A stretch of DNA of 64,000 bases. Origin: Leucoraja ocellata (Eukaryota). The position numbers and the translations under genes are program-made. The stretch is from NCBI GenBank assembly GCA_036785375.1, contig JAWMAR010000001.1, positions 23,126,001-23,190,000 of the forward strand. The letters run 5' to 3'. The notes beneath the pieces were generated by a model, which was given only the letters and a program-made list of their open reading frames with translations, was not told the DNA's origin and searched no databases. Numbering within the stretch: position 1 is the stretch's first letter; the number at the start of each line of letters is the position of its first letter. This document shows, piece by piece, positions 1 through 12,183 of the stretch.

Positions 1-204
1 TTTGAACAGATTTCTAAATTTACATTTTATATAATTATGGCTATCGATTTAGAAGAGCTAAAACATGTTTCTAAAAGCCACTTTCTTCCTATATTTTATT
101 ATGCTGACAGATGGTGGCAAATAAATATCAATCATACTCTTTACTGAAGCAGCAACTTGTTAAATTAGGGGTAATGCAACTGGAAGCTTGACATTAAGGA
201 TTTA

Positions 205-670
205 GTCACAGATTCACCGACTTATACAGCATGGAAACAGACCTTTTGGCCCAAGTCATCCATGACGATCAAGCTGCCCATCTACACTAATCCCATCTGC
301 CTGTATTTAGCCTATATCCCTCCTGGCCTTTCCTAGCCAGGAACCTGTCCAAAAATCATTGTAGCATCATCATAGGCACTTGCCTCCACTTCCTCCTCTG
401 GCAGCCCATTCCCTACATCTACTATCTGTGTGAAAAATAAGTCCCTCAGATTTCCTTTGAATCTTTGTCCTCTAGCTATCAGCCCATGCTGCTCTGGGAA
501 ATAGAATGTGACTTTCTACCTTATCTATTCCCCTCATAATTTTAACCTCAGCCTCCTTCTCTCAGGAACAAATGTCCCAGTCTATCCAACCTCCCCTTAT
601 AACTAAAGACCACCAGTTCAGGAAATATTCATGTGAATCTTTTACACCTTCTCTGATTTAATTACATTTG
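205..670 (-). mobile_element. Degenerate CR1/HER1-type LINE 3' fragment
   Basis: acagcatggaaacag...ttggccc tail shared with other CR1/SINE tails in the window; boundaries approximate. Confidence 0.6.
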
Positions 671-1034
671 TCAATTTACTTTTATAAATACAAAAAGGCC
701 TCGTCCGTGGAAATAATAATTTCATCAGATATAGGAGCAGAATTAAGCCATTCGGCCCATCAAGTCTACTCCGCCATCCAATGTAATGGCAAAGTTACCA
801 AAAAAACAGAAGATCCCAGCACAAGATTGGCTGAACACAAGACGCCCATTAGATTAGGCTGAACATAAGATGCCCATTAAATGGGCTACATTGGTACATG
901 TGTCTCTGTGTTGCAATTTGATCCCAGCTAAAATTGCAAGTGTGTCGTTTAGTCACATCTCATGAGTTCAATGGTAAGTCACTAACAGAAGGAACAACTT
1001 CCACTATGCAACCTGAGCACCAAGTATTCCTTAG

Positions 1035-1823
1035 TCTTAAAGCCCTCCCTTTCTTCCTCGACCACAGAACCAACCAATTCCCATCTACTGATACTCTCCT
1101 CCGTCTACAACTTTTCGTTTGACACCTCCTATTTCCTCCAAATACAAGGTGTAGTTATGGTCAAGTGCATGGGCCCAAGCTATGCCTGCCTCTTTGTAGG
1201 GTACGTCGAACAATCATTGTTCGAGGCGTACCATGGCCCTATCCCCGAACTCTACCTCTGCTACATCGACGACTGCATTGGTGCTGCCTCCTACACCCAT
1301 ACACAACTCACTGACTTCATTCATTTCACCACTAACTTCCATCCAGCACTCAAATACAACTGGACCTTTACCAACATTTCCCTACCATTTCTAGACCTCA
1401 CCATCTCCATCGCAGGTGATTGACTACTGCCCGACATCTCCTATAAACCCACTGACTCCCATGGCTATCTGGACTACACTTCTTCCCACCCTGCTTCCTG
1501 CAAGGACTCCATCCCCTACTCCCAATTCCTCCATCTATGCCGCATCTGCACCCAGGATGAGGTGTTCCACACCAGGGCATCGGAGATGCACTCATTCTTC
1601 AGGGAACGGGGGTTCCCCTCTTCTACTATAGATGAGGCTCTCACCAGGGTCTCTTCAATACCCCATAACTCTGCTCTTACTCCCCATCCCCCCAACTCGT
1701 AACAAGAACAGAACCTCACCTTCCACCCTACCAGCCGTCACATACAACAAATATACCTCCGACATTTTCGCCACCTCCAACGGGATGCCACCACTGGCCA
1801 AATCTTCTCATCTCCTCCCCTGG
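1035..1823 (+). mobile_element. Penelope-like element RT fragment (frameshifted)
   Basis: MGPSYACLFVGYVEQ, YIDD, LPFLDL, KPTDSHGYLDYTSSHP and IPYSQF spread over frames. Confidence 0.85.
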
Positions 1824-3140
1824 CTGCATGACTATGAGCACAAATATTATTTAAACTATTTCTGCTCCAACAAGAATAATCCTAATTTCTTCAATCTTTT
1901 ATCCTTGGTATAAATCTAGTCAGTTGCTACGCCACTACATAATTTAGTATAGGCCACTGATTTTGTCTCTAAAATGAGATGCCACATAAACTCGATACAA
2001 TTCTTCAGCCGTGGCTTAACCAGTAATTTGCAAAACTGTTTGCATATTTTATGCTTTTGTACCCTACACCTCAATGTAAAAAGCCGAGTATCCAACCTGC
2101 TTTTGCATCCCAACCCACTCCTATGTGAACTCGTACCTCTTTAAAATTGTACTTTTTAGTTTGTTTTAGTTTTATATAAATTTATAGATAAAATTATATG
2201 GATTTATTTAATGAAAAAAAGGGACATTATTTTTTCAATAAAAATTCCATCTTTCTTGTTCAACTGAGAACACCTCTATTTCAGCAACATTCACAGCGGT
2301 TAAAGGAAAAAATATACTACTTAAATATTTTATACGTTCAATGTCCACTGATTGAAAGGGATTCTATCTCTCAAAACCATTAGCTAAAAACATCTCCTCA
2401 ATCTGCCATAGACATGCTATTCTACTGCTACAATAACATTCCAGAAATGTCTCCTACATCGACCCATATGAGGTTAAGTGTCTAATATCCAACAAGGATA
2501 ATAGTTTAACTCCAGATCCTGGATCATCTGATTAAAGGTTATGATGGAAATCCATATGTAGTATGGGCATTTGTAACTATTACTGGACACTAGCACTACA
2601 AAGGAACCAGTTTTTGATGTCAGATTTCATCTAATACAAATTGGAGCTGTATTTTGTACATAAGATTGACTTCTGATTTAGCATTTCTTGAGTTTTATAA
2701 TTAAAGTACCATTCTGAATTGGTATCCTCAGGCTTCCTGCATTGTAATCAGTGCTATAACAAAGGCCCAGCATTTCAGACCCTCTGGTGAAGCAGCTAAG
2801 TCTTGGTGTAGCTTTGCCAGATATCTACATCAAGCCTGTGGTCTCCTCATTGCATACTTTTGGACCCACAGTACACCCAATTTTAACGCCTGTGCAGATT
2901 CCCAGCTTCAACATTTTTGCTGTCCCTTTATAATCAGAGATGTAATAACAGATAAAATATACTTTAGGAGTAATGCCAACTGAGTTGGGAATTATTGCCG
3001 CAGCTTAGAATTATATTTTATAAAATAGCCAACCTCTATTGATCAAAAGCTCAATTTAAAGAACTAGTAGTTTCATTGACTCAGTCAGAGTCATGTTAAA
3101 TACAACACCGAAATTTCAAACTATTATACTTTTACAGCTG

Positions 3141-3146
3141 TTTATT
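3141..3146 (-). promoter_or_regulatory. Candidate polyadenylation signal AATAAA for the recombinase exon
   Basis: tttatt on the plus strand, ~135 nt after the TGA at 3281. Confidence 0.5.
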
Positions 3147-3150
3147 TCAG

Positions 3151-3152
<2 letters not shown>

Positions 3153-3197
<45 letters not shown>
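3153..3197. repeat. (TA)n microsatellite in the predicted 3' UTR
   Basis: About 20 TA units seen directly. Confidence 0.95.
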
Positions 3198-3199
<2 letters not shown>

Positions 3200-3280
3200 T
3201 CATTCATTTAAAACAGTACATTGCTAATTTAAAATATTTTTCTGTGCAGTTATTGAATTTCATTCATTGTGCCACTCAGT

Positions 3281-4618
3281 TCATGTGAGCGGTTCCTGCT
3301 TTATGACACAGTTCTGCAAGACGATCCGACTAGTTTTCCCAGAAGTAACGTTGGGATTCAAAGTCACTATGTTCCCTGTGGAAGCTGAAGTTCCTGGTTG
3401 TTGTTCATGTACTGCAGAACTTGGAGCTGTGTAAATGTAGTTGAATCCCGCATTGTCTAACACGTCGGACCAGGCCCGGTACTGAAATTCAGCAGCTCCC
3501 CAGTAGTTTCTAATGCTGGATTCTGAACGGTGTCCTGTAAGTGCCATGATCTCTCTTGCTCCGAGGCCTGCATCGCACAGGAGACGGACTGTCGTAGTTC
3601 TGAGTGAATGGTTGGTGTACCTCTGGGACAGTCTGGCAGCAATACTGATTCTAGGCATCATGCTTCCCAGATAATTAACCCCCATCGGCTCTCGCTTATA
3701 CCAGACAGGTTGTTCACGTAACTGTTCTGGTGTTAATTTTAGAGGATGAAGATAAAAGGCAGGAGGTTCAGGTGGCAGCTTAGATATATAAAGCTCAAGT
3801 GAGATGACCGGACAGTTTGCATCTCCTGGCATATCGTACATCCGCCCCAGTTTCAACGGGTCCTCGCGGCTCCTACGTTTTCCAGTGTACTTCTGCACTG
3901 CATAGCGTCTTCCATTGGGATCTCGCTTAATAACGAAAGCGTCCGGAGGGAGGTCCCGAAGGATTTCCCGTCCACGCTTGGCAAAGTGCAACTGCAGGTC
4001 AAACCAGACTTTATTCACGAGTGCAAGAGGTGTATGGAGTCCCAGAACCCCAGATGTTCTGATCTTTCGAAGGTCGTCTGCATTGATTGGGGGGTGATGA
4101 TTTGTCTCATCCTTCCCTTGGTTTCTTAGTATTTTAAGCACTCCCAGAAACACACTATTGGCACTGCTGAATTCCTTATCCTGCATCAGGCAGATCTGCT
4201 GGCTATGAGGAGGCATCTTAAGGTGCCTGTTTAAACCAGCTCGGATCGATTTATAACTGGAAATACTATAAGTGTTACCATCATGATTCCTCACAGTGCC
4301 GTAAAACTCTCTCAAAATACCATTAAGTTCTTCAACTGATATACTTTCAAATTTATCATCTTTTCCCTTTTCAATAAGCCACTGTTTTAGGATATTCACT
4401 GCCCAATCTGTCTGCTTGCGTGTGTTCTTCTCGTTGCGCTCCTCCTCGAGCCCAATAAGATCATCTTCTGTCACACTAACATGCCGTCTAGCGCCGTCTA
4501 AAAGCTCGTCACTGGCAACGTGTTCATCTGTCATTTGGTCCTCAAAACTGAGCAGAGTGTTGCCGTCGAAAATGCCAAAGGTGTAGAGTGGGGAGTGAGA
4601 CGCTGTTTTGTCGGACAG
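3281..4618 (-). CDS. Crypton-derived tyrosine recombinase (DUF3504-like), predicted alternative terminal exon of ATF7IP
   Basis: 445 open codons (417 from internal Met 4534). Motifs NTRKQTDWAV, YSISSYKSIRAGLNRHL, FAKRGRE, YTNHSLRTT, LTGHRSESSIRNY. Phase-0 acceptor ttactccgcaattcacag (AG at 4620-4619). Confidence 0.9.
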   Translation of the reverse strand: MSDKTASHSPLYTFGIFDGNTLLSFEDQMTDEHVASDELLDGARRHVSVTEDDLIGLEEERNEKNTRKQTDWAVNILKQWLIEKGKDDKFESISVEELNGILREFYGTVRNHDGNTYSISSYKSIRAGLNRHLKMPPHSQQICLMQDKEFSSANSVFLGVLKILRNQGKDETNHHPPINADDLRKIRTSGVLGLHTPLALVNKVWFDLQLHFAKRGREILRDLPPDAFVIKRDPNGRRYAVQKYTGKRRSREDPLKLGRMYDMPGDANCPVISLELYISKLPPEPPAFYLHPLKLTPEQLREQPVWYKREPMGVNYLGSMMPRISIAARLSQRYTNHSLRTTTVRLLCDAGLGAREIMALTGHRSESSIRNYWGAAEFQYRAWSDVLDNAGFNYIYTAPSSAVHEQQPGTSASTGNIVTLNPNVTSGKTSRIVLQNCVIKQEPLT

Positions 4619-5862
4619 CTGTGAATTGCGGAGTAATACGTAATTTTTTGATACAATGCTTTAAATTTTTTTATTAAATTAAAAACAAAGAAAAATTATC
4701 CAGCAGGTGACGTTCATTAGGCAAAAGTATCTCAATACTCAACAGCGCACACCCTATTAACCACTCACTTTCACACATTGCAAACCATGGCATTACATGT
4801 TGTCACAGAAATAGCCAAATTACGGTTTGGTTTGGGGAAAAACAAAACAAAAGAATGCTAAATCTCTTGCATAGCTAGATGATCTTTCAACTGCTGAGAA
4901 CCTATGAATTCAAATGGAGAATACATCCTATTCATGCATGTATTCTCTAGAAGAACTGGAAAAAACTTTATTGTTGCACTGAAGAGAATCTGTAATAGAA
5001 ATAGGAAAAGGCTTACAATTTCTGACAAACCTTGGCTGACTGAACCTCTGTGCCAGCGCTCTGATCGGCTTCAGCAGCGAGTTACCCAGATGCAGGACAA
5101 GGTTTTCATAAGAGGCAGAGCAGCAATGAGAATTACATCAGGATACTCCACCACACTGAAGCATTTGGAAAACTTTGTGCAGCCAACTTTTTGAAGAATG
5201 AATGAGGAATGCAGTCATATTCTGCTAATAGGCTCTGGTTTCATTTAGATAATCTTTCCAGTTTATTTAGAGAATGCACAAGACTTCCCCTCTCACTCTT
5301 TCTGTGTTATTTTTCAACCAAATGGGTTGCAGATCTGTCTTCTTTCTGACACGGGAAAGTTATAAATGCATAACATAATGCAGATAAGCCATCTGCCCTC
5401 CCCACAGTTTATTCTCTTTGGGTGCTTGTGGAAGTCTTCCACCATCTACCATCGTAAATCTTTATACTGAATGATTCATAATTTTAACATCCATTATACT
5501 AATGAACAAAAGTGGCATCTTTTTCTGATTAGATCCCCTGTGGATTTGACAAAAATGGAAATTTATCAAAGAAAGGCTATATTATAATCCACTGTTAGTG
5601 GAGAGGTTATCATGAAGAGCATGTCACTCCTTAAAGCTCTAGTGGCCCAGCATTGCAAGCAGATGCATGTCCAACCAACCTGAGAATGGAATGATATGAC
5701 GATTCTGATTGATCATATTCCTTTACAAACAACAACCAAATTCAACCCAAAAGGTATAATTCTACTATCTTTCTAGCCACATCTTTAGAGCTAGTCGGCA
5801 GTTGCCCATCAGTGGGCTATAATTGAAGTTATTAAGTGCCATGATAAATGTGCTGTACCCAC

Positions 5863-5954
5863 CTGGTTGCCACTAGGAGAAGTTTTCTTAATGGCTGGCG
5901 ATTCTCCAGGAACTGCTGTAGAAAGTCTCTGGGTGCCCTGACTGAGGCTACTTT
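5863..5954 (-). CDS. ATF7IP: ATF7IP 92-nt exon (ESSLSQGTQRLSTAVPGESPAIKKTSPSGNQ)
   Basis: Acceptor tttaccccattaacag, donor CAG|gtgggt, phase 1 to 0. The E...KK...Q pattern resembles the mammalian exon preceding the SIM exon. Confidence 0.8.
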
Positions 5955-6669
5955 CTGTTAATGGGGTAAATGCAATTCATTAATGTTTCAGCTTAACACA
6001 AGAATGTCAAGAGACAAGTTTTTTTAAGCGTTTCCTTTCAAAGGTTCTTTGTTATATATTGTTATACATCTTCTGCACACCTTCTAAGTTATGTACTTAC
6101 ATAAATATATATGCCGTTTCTAATTTGATCTACATCTGGATGCAGAAGCTATATAACTGGTACATCATGAAAGCATTGTTTCCTTTCTGATTTCCTGGCA
6201 ATGAACAGTACATTTTTAGCATTTTCTATTTTTTTGTTTAATTCCAAAGATCTCATGTACATTGTAACCCACTTTACTGACATTCTAATAATAGGTCGTT
6301 ATACAGCCAAAACTAATGCACCTCAATTGAAAAGTTCACATAAGCAAAGTTAAGTGTTAGCTATAATTGCTGTGTCTTCATCCTTTCATTCCCAAACTGT
6401 CAATTTTAAACGGCTAATGAGTTTCAAAACCAGTTCAGGCCATCAGTTTTGAATAAACCAGAATTCAATCCACTCAGTGGGAGTAGGAGGCAGAGGTGCA
6501 TAGAATCCATTTCATAAAAATAAAGGCAACACATTTAGACCGCATACAATTGTAACATCACTCAGACAAACTTCTACAAGTTTCTGATAGCTTATGCATC
6601 CAGGAATCATAAAGCTCGTAAGGTTGGCAATTGTTTTTATGCCAGTTCCTTGAAACAACTAGTTAATAG

Positions 6670-7025
6670 AACCATAGAGCTACAAGGAATGCTGAACGGA
6701 GACAGGTCCTTCAGTCCAGAGTCCATGCTGGCCATCAAGCACCTAATTACATTAATCCTATCTTTAAACATTTTATTCTCTCTACATTCCCTTTAGCTTC
6801 CTCCAGATTCTATCACTAATCTACACACACCAGACAAGCTAGAATGACCAATTAACCTACCAACCTGCACACTATTTTGTGATGTGTGAAAAGCCATTGC
6901 AACCAGAGGAAACACACACACTCACAGGGAGAATGTGCAAACAGCATACATATGGCACTAGAAGTCAGAATTGAAGCTTGGTTGCTGGATCTGTGATGCA
7001 GCAACTCAATTAGCTGACTACTCTC
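6670..7025 (-). mobile_element. Old V-SINE (HE1-like) copy
   Basis: V-domain-like cacagggagaatgtgcaaac plus CR1-like tail. Confidence 0.6.
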
Positions 7026-8681
7026 ACTTTCTAACTATTTCATGTAGCTCTGCAAATTTCTCCTTTTCATGTATACTACGTTTTAAAGTTGCTTCTATAA
7101 TTACCTTCCACTCTCCTTTCAGGCCACGCTTGCTGGAACATACATTTTTTCCCTAATTTCCCCTCTCTTGCCATTCTCAATTAGAACTCCAATTAACTTA
7201 AACTTGTGATCTCTAGTGACTATGACTTTGCACACCTGTGTAAGTCTCCCTTTAACTTTCCTTGCTCAAAGGAGAACAACCCTTAGAAATCAAGACTTCA
7301 CACCACCGAAGCTCTTCATTCCTAATAACACTCTTAGTCACAGTCATACAGCATGGAAACAGGCCCATCGGCCCAAATTGCACACCAACCAACATGTCCC
7401 GTCTACATTAGTCCCAGCTGCCTGCATTTGGCCCATATGCCTCTAAAACTATTTTACAAGTGTTGACATTTCTGCTAAGATGCTATTTCCGAATTGGACA
7501 CAATGCTCCAGTTGAGGTCTAAACTGTGACATACATGGTTTCGAGTAGCTCCGTTGCTTCTTAATTCTGCTTTCATATACCCAATATTTGTTCATTTCAT
7601 CACTCTGTCAAAGTCTTCCCAAAGTAATTTTCTATTCTCCTCACTGAGCTTATCACCGAATCAGCATTTAAATTAGACAGAGGCCATAAATTATTAGGAG
7701 CGGAAAATCTGGCGTACCATGGTATATTGTCCAACTATTCTATCAAAACCTCTTGTGTGTTCAAGTAACTTTTAACTCACTCTGCTCAAGGATTAAATGT
7801 CAACATCTCCACATCAGCATGACTATTAATTTCAAAGAGAAAAAATAATTCTGATAAGAATGGCAATTTTTTATGTAAGTAAAATAATTTGATTATATTT
7901 ATGTTTAAATGGGTTTTAATTAGCAAGTTAAAATGTATAATAGTGTTTTATTTTTAATAATATCTCAATATTAGAATTTGTAAAACCAAAGTTATTCACC
8001 AATATCAATTTCAGCTTCAGATTTGTTAGTTGATGAAGGAGTTGGTGGGGGAAAGAACAAATCAGTTGCCATCAATAAGGCATGATTTTGTTATGCTGGA
8101 CTTCTTTATTCTGGGTGGGATCCGTTTCCCCAGAGGAAGACTGGCCCTGAGGGCCTGTTGCAGGTAAAATGAAATGAGCTCCATGGGCAAGCAACTATAG
8201 ATCATCCTTTAAACCTATGTAAGAATTTCCGATATGTTGAATTACAATTTATCTTTTAAGGCAAAGTTATCCTTTTGTCTCAGATTAAATAATGCATCTC
8301 ATATTCCAAGCAATGCACTACCAATGTTCTAAAATGAACATGAATAAATATCAATCGACCGCTAAAACCAAATTTAATTTCCTCATTTTTGTTTCTTGTA
8401 ACTATTCTATAAACTGGTATTTAGACTTATTGTGGCTCTGTTAATGTCCTTAATTGGGACACAATTGTACATTAGCAATGACAGCATTATCATTTTTGAA
8501 ATAAGTCTGTGGGCTTCAATAATTTAATTATGGATCAAATGGCTTTTCATGAATTAAAAACATATATAAATGGAATGACAGTGCAGCTCAATAAAACACA
8601 GTAAATATGTTACTTAAATATATATACAAAACACATAGACGAACTAACAATATTTCAATCTTAACATGTGATTTATTTTAC

Positions 8682-9368
8682 CTGTTCTGGATGGTCCTAT
8701 ATTGGTGGCATCTGAGCTGGATGTTAATGGTTGACCTGATGACACAGAAACTAGTCCTTGGCCGTAAGTCTGTGATGGCCTTGGTGGTAATCCAGGCCTA
8801 GTAGTATTTGAAGGGCTAAAATGACCTGGAGAATTCAAAGATTGCTGTGACGTCCGGGAAATTTGTGAAACCGGTGAAAGAACAGTCTGGGAACTAATCA
8901 CAGGAGCAGTCTGATTGGAAATAGCATTACTTATCTGCATTGATCCCATAGTTGCAGGAGACTTCCTCTGCACTCCCGGGCTTGGCAAAGAAGTACTAGC
9001 ACCATTTGCTTTTGTTACATTCGGCATTTGTGGTGCAAGTGGTTTTGGGAGGATGTTAAGCGTAGGTTGGGATTGAACAGATAGAAACTCAAGTCCGGGT
9101 TGCTGGTTGGTCATCAAGTTGTTTGTTGAGGCCTGTAGAAGCTGAGGTTGGGAAGACATTGCCACCGGAACCGTAAGTAATACTGGCACTGACTGTAGAG
9201 ATACTGGAATAGGCTGGTTACTGCCAGAGGCTGGCACCGACTGATTGGTTCCTGCCACCGCTGCAGTTGCTGGGAGCACAGGAGTAACCACAGCACCAGA
9301 TGACCCTGTATTCTGAGGTTTCGTTTGTCCGCCAACTACCTGAGGTGGTGTGAGGTTTGTGACAATAC
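8682..9368 (-). CDS. ATF7IP: ATF7IP 687-nt S/T/P/Q-rich exon
   Basis: Contains PVSLQSVPVLLTVPVAMSSQPQLLQ and EFLSVQS, matching ATF7IP; acceptor ctattgttacag, donor ACAG|gtaaaa (phase 1 to 1). Confidence 0.93.
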
Positions 9369-10412
9369 CTGTAACAATAGAACAGCCTTCAATTAGAATC
9401 TATAAATATAGATATACTTCCCAGTCCAGTTTCTTCCAAAGGTTTCATTCATGCACCCTAATGGCCTTCGCCCATGGGACTGCACAAGTCTGGTGTGCAG
9501 GCAACAAGAATCAAGTGTTTTATTGTCATATATCCCAGATAGAACAATAAAATTCTTACTTGCAGCAGCACGACAGAATATGTAAACATAGTACTCCGCA
9601 AACAGTATAGTAAACGACTAAAAAGTGATGGCCTTCAGTATGACTGATCCTACGGAAAGCAAAACATCAGTGCCAATTCAGATCTATTATACAACCCTTT
9701 GGATCCCCATTGCACAGCAAAATGGGGCAGATTTAATGACATGGCAACACACCAAGACCCAACTCACGCTGGTGCTTTCACAGTAGACATTAAAGCAGGT
9801 CATTATTCTATGTCTTTAGAGCCAAAAACACAACAATAGCGGCACATAACTGGAATACAGTTAACAAGATGCCATTTTAAAAGTCATTTCTGACAGACAT
9901 CTATAAGTTCCCACAAATTAAATTTTTACAGGTTTGCACCATCTTATTCTCTTATTTGGATGGCAAAATAGAATGCAAATGTGTTAGTTGGAATAGAAAA
10001 TAATATAAATTACAAAACTTGCAATTATATCCCCAAATTAAGCATTAAATTTTTTTGCAATTTAAGGGCTTAAAATAATATTCTTCTGATTCACGAGACT
10101 GCAGTGAGTGGGCTCTTGTGAGATTCTTGGCAGTGGGCCCCTGTACGCTTTAGGTGGGGTGGGCCTTTGTGTGCTTCCAAGGGAGCACGATACACTGGGC
10201 CTCTGTGAGGTAGATGCTGAACCACTGGAATTTCCAAATAATTAGAAAGTGGACTATTAAAGAGTTTTACTGTAACTAACATACTTGGCAAGCATGGTAG
10301 GTCTTGTTGGGGTTAGATGAAAGGGGGAAATAGTGTAAATGATGTGCTCTTAGTACAGTCACAAGATACCACGGAACAGCACTGAATGTTGCAATAAATA
10401 GTTTACAAGTAC

Positions 10413-10501
10413 CTGTATTATTTGTGTTTGCAGACGGCTGGCCTGATACTGTGCTATCAGCTATATTTCTTCTTAAATCCAACATCTGCCTTACTGTTCC
10501 A
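10413..10501 (-). CDS. ATF7IP: ATF7IP 89-nt exon
   Basis: SGTVRQMLDLRRNIADSTVSGQPSANTNNT with the conserved GTVRQML motif; acceptor ctattttcag, donor G|gtactt. Confidence 0.93.
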
Positions 10502-10884
10502 CTGAAAATAGAAAATGGAAACCAAAATTGTATACTAGAACCAATAGTAAGAAATATCATTTCCTAAAATTGTTATCATTCTTGCTACTTAACTTGTTGA
10601 TTTTTTTAACGTGAAGTTTATGACACAAAGAAGCATGACTTCAGCTGAATGCAGAATAAAACAATGGACCTGGAAATACCCCTGAAATTGAAACCGAAAT
10701 CATTATAGATAAGGCGTAGGGAAGATTAGTTTGGGGGTGCGGATCAGAAGTTAATACATATTATGATTCAAAATTAACAAGAGAAATGCAATTTGAATTG
10801 AAATAATCTTAATGACAATTAGATATAGACTAAAGAACCAGAGAAGGGACATTTGATGCTCACCGAAGCTTGAGTGGATCATTA

Positions 10885-11152
10885 TTAGTTTAGAGATACA
10901 GCACGGAAACATGCCCTTCAGCCTTCCCGAATCCGCACTGACCAGCGATCACCGCACATTAGGGATAATTTGTTTACATTTATACCAAGCCAATGAACCT
11001 GCAAATCTTTGGAGTGTGGGAGGAAACCGAAGATCTCGGAGAACACCCATGCACGTTACGGGGTGAACATAGAGACTCTGTACAGACAGCACCCATAGTC
11101 AGGATCGAACCCGGGTCTCTGGCGCAGCTCTTTCGCTACACCGCTGTGCCGC
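10885..11152 (-). mobile_element. tRNA-derived V-SINE (HE1-like)
   Basis: B-box GGTTCGATCC on the minus strand (~11102-11111), V-domain, CR1-like tail ending in (CTAAA)-type repeats. Confidence 0.8.
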
Positions 11153-12067
11153 GGTTGGTAAATTATACATAAAGAATGCAAAATTATGAATCGCAAAGAG
11201 TTGAAAATTCTGATAGTGAAGCCAGGATCACTGGGTGGTTAGATCTCCTACAATAATCTATTATCTACAGGCAGCTAATATATATCGAGGAATTGAACAA
11301 AAAAATGAATATTTTGTATATATATTATATATAAATAAAACAAAATATTCAAAAAAAAGTTGTTCCTTTCATATATATATATATAATATATTGGAAAGGA
11401 ACAAAAAAATAATAATATATATAAAATATAATAGTTTAATGATATATAAGTTTATTTTATTTCTGAAAATCAGCACTGAAAAGTAAATTTAATAAAATAT
11501 GTCATTAAAAAACTTGCAATTTAACTTATGTTATAATAAAACCTCCAAGAAAAGGTGAATTTAATGCTTACTGCCAATTTCCTTGCCCATTCTCAACAGT
11601 TGAAAGCTGCTTCACCTATTCACAATACAGCTGCCAATATATTAGCCATTCAATCTCTGCCCTATGAATTTTTGTCTCAGACTGATTATAATTTATATTT
11701 CAATACTTCCTGCCTCTGACAAGATCATTGATGCATCTTTAAAACCTTCTCAAAACTCATTTTCTCAAGTCTTGCAAAATAAGTCTACGTGGTAGGATGT
11801 GGGATGCACTGCATGTATGGTTACTTAGCTCATGTGGGACAATTTATATTACAGAGACGCATGACAATAGGAGGCAGAAATATTCTGGTTCCACCTGTAT
11901 GAATGATCTTTCATTAAAAGCCACTTCGTCATCAGCAGTGTTTACCAGCGGTTGTCTCATTTGTCAGAATTTATTTTTCCTCCCTTTGTATATTGCACAA
12001 TTTGAATAAGTGATTACATAACTTTAAACAAAGTGACAGGCTGAATCAGATGAAAAAGGCGACTTAC

Positions 12068-12183
12068 CTACGACACTGCACGGTGCTAGAAACACTAACA
12101 GGGGGGTTGCAGGATTTGCTGGGAGAATTGGGTTGCGTAGTCTGGGCTCCAGATGATTGTTGAGGTATGGAGACGGAAATATT
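12068..12183 (-). CDS. ATF7IP: ATF7IP 116-nt exon
   Basis: NISVSIPQQSSGAQTTQPNSPSKSCNPPVSVSSTVQCR; acceptor ttctgttttttcag, donor AG|gtaagt; phase 0 to 2 links its neighbours. Confidence 0.85.

Noticed and set aside
1-3280. Canonical downstream ATF7IP exons (VIDLT SIM, FN3)
   Set aside because: No matching sequence found by eye; presumed outside the window.
3281-4534. Recombinase ORF as a bacterial or phage integrase contaminant, or an active free Crypton
   Set aside because: It has Crypton-type motifs, sits between vertebrate intron sequence with an in-frame acceptor, and has no element termini. A recent insertion is not formally excluded.
11090-11152. tRNA gene
   Set aside because: It is the tRNA-derived head of a SINE; no full cloverleaf.
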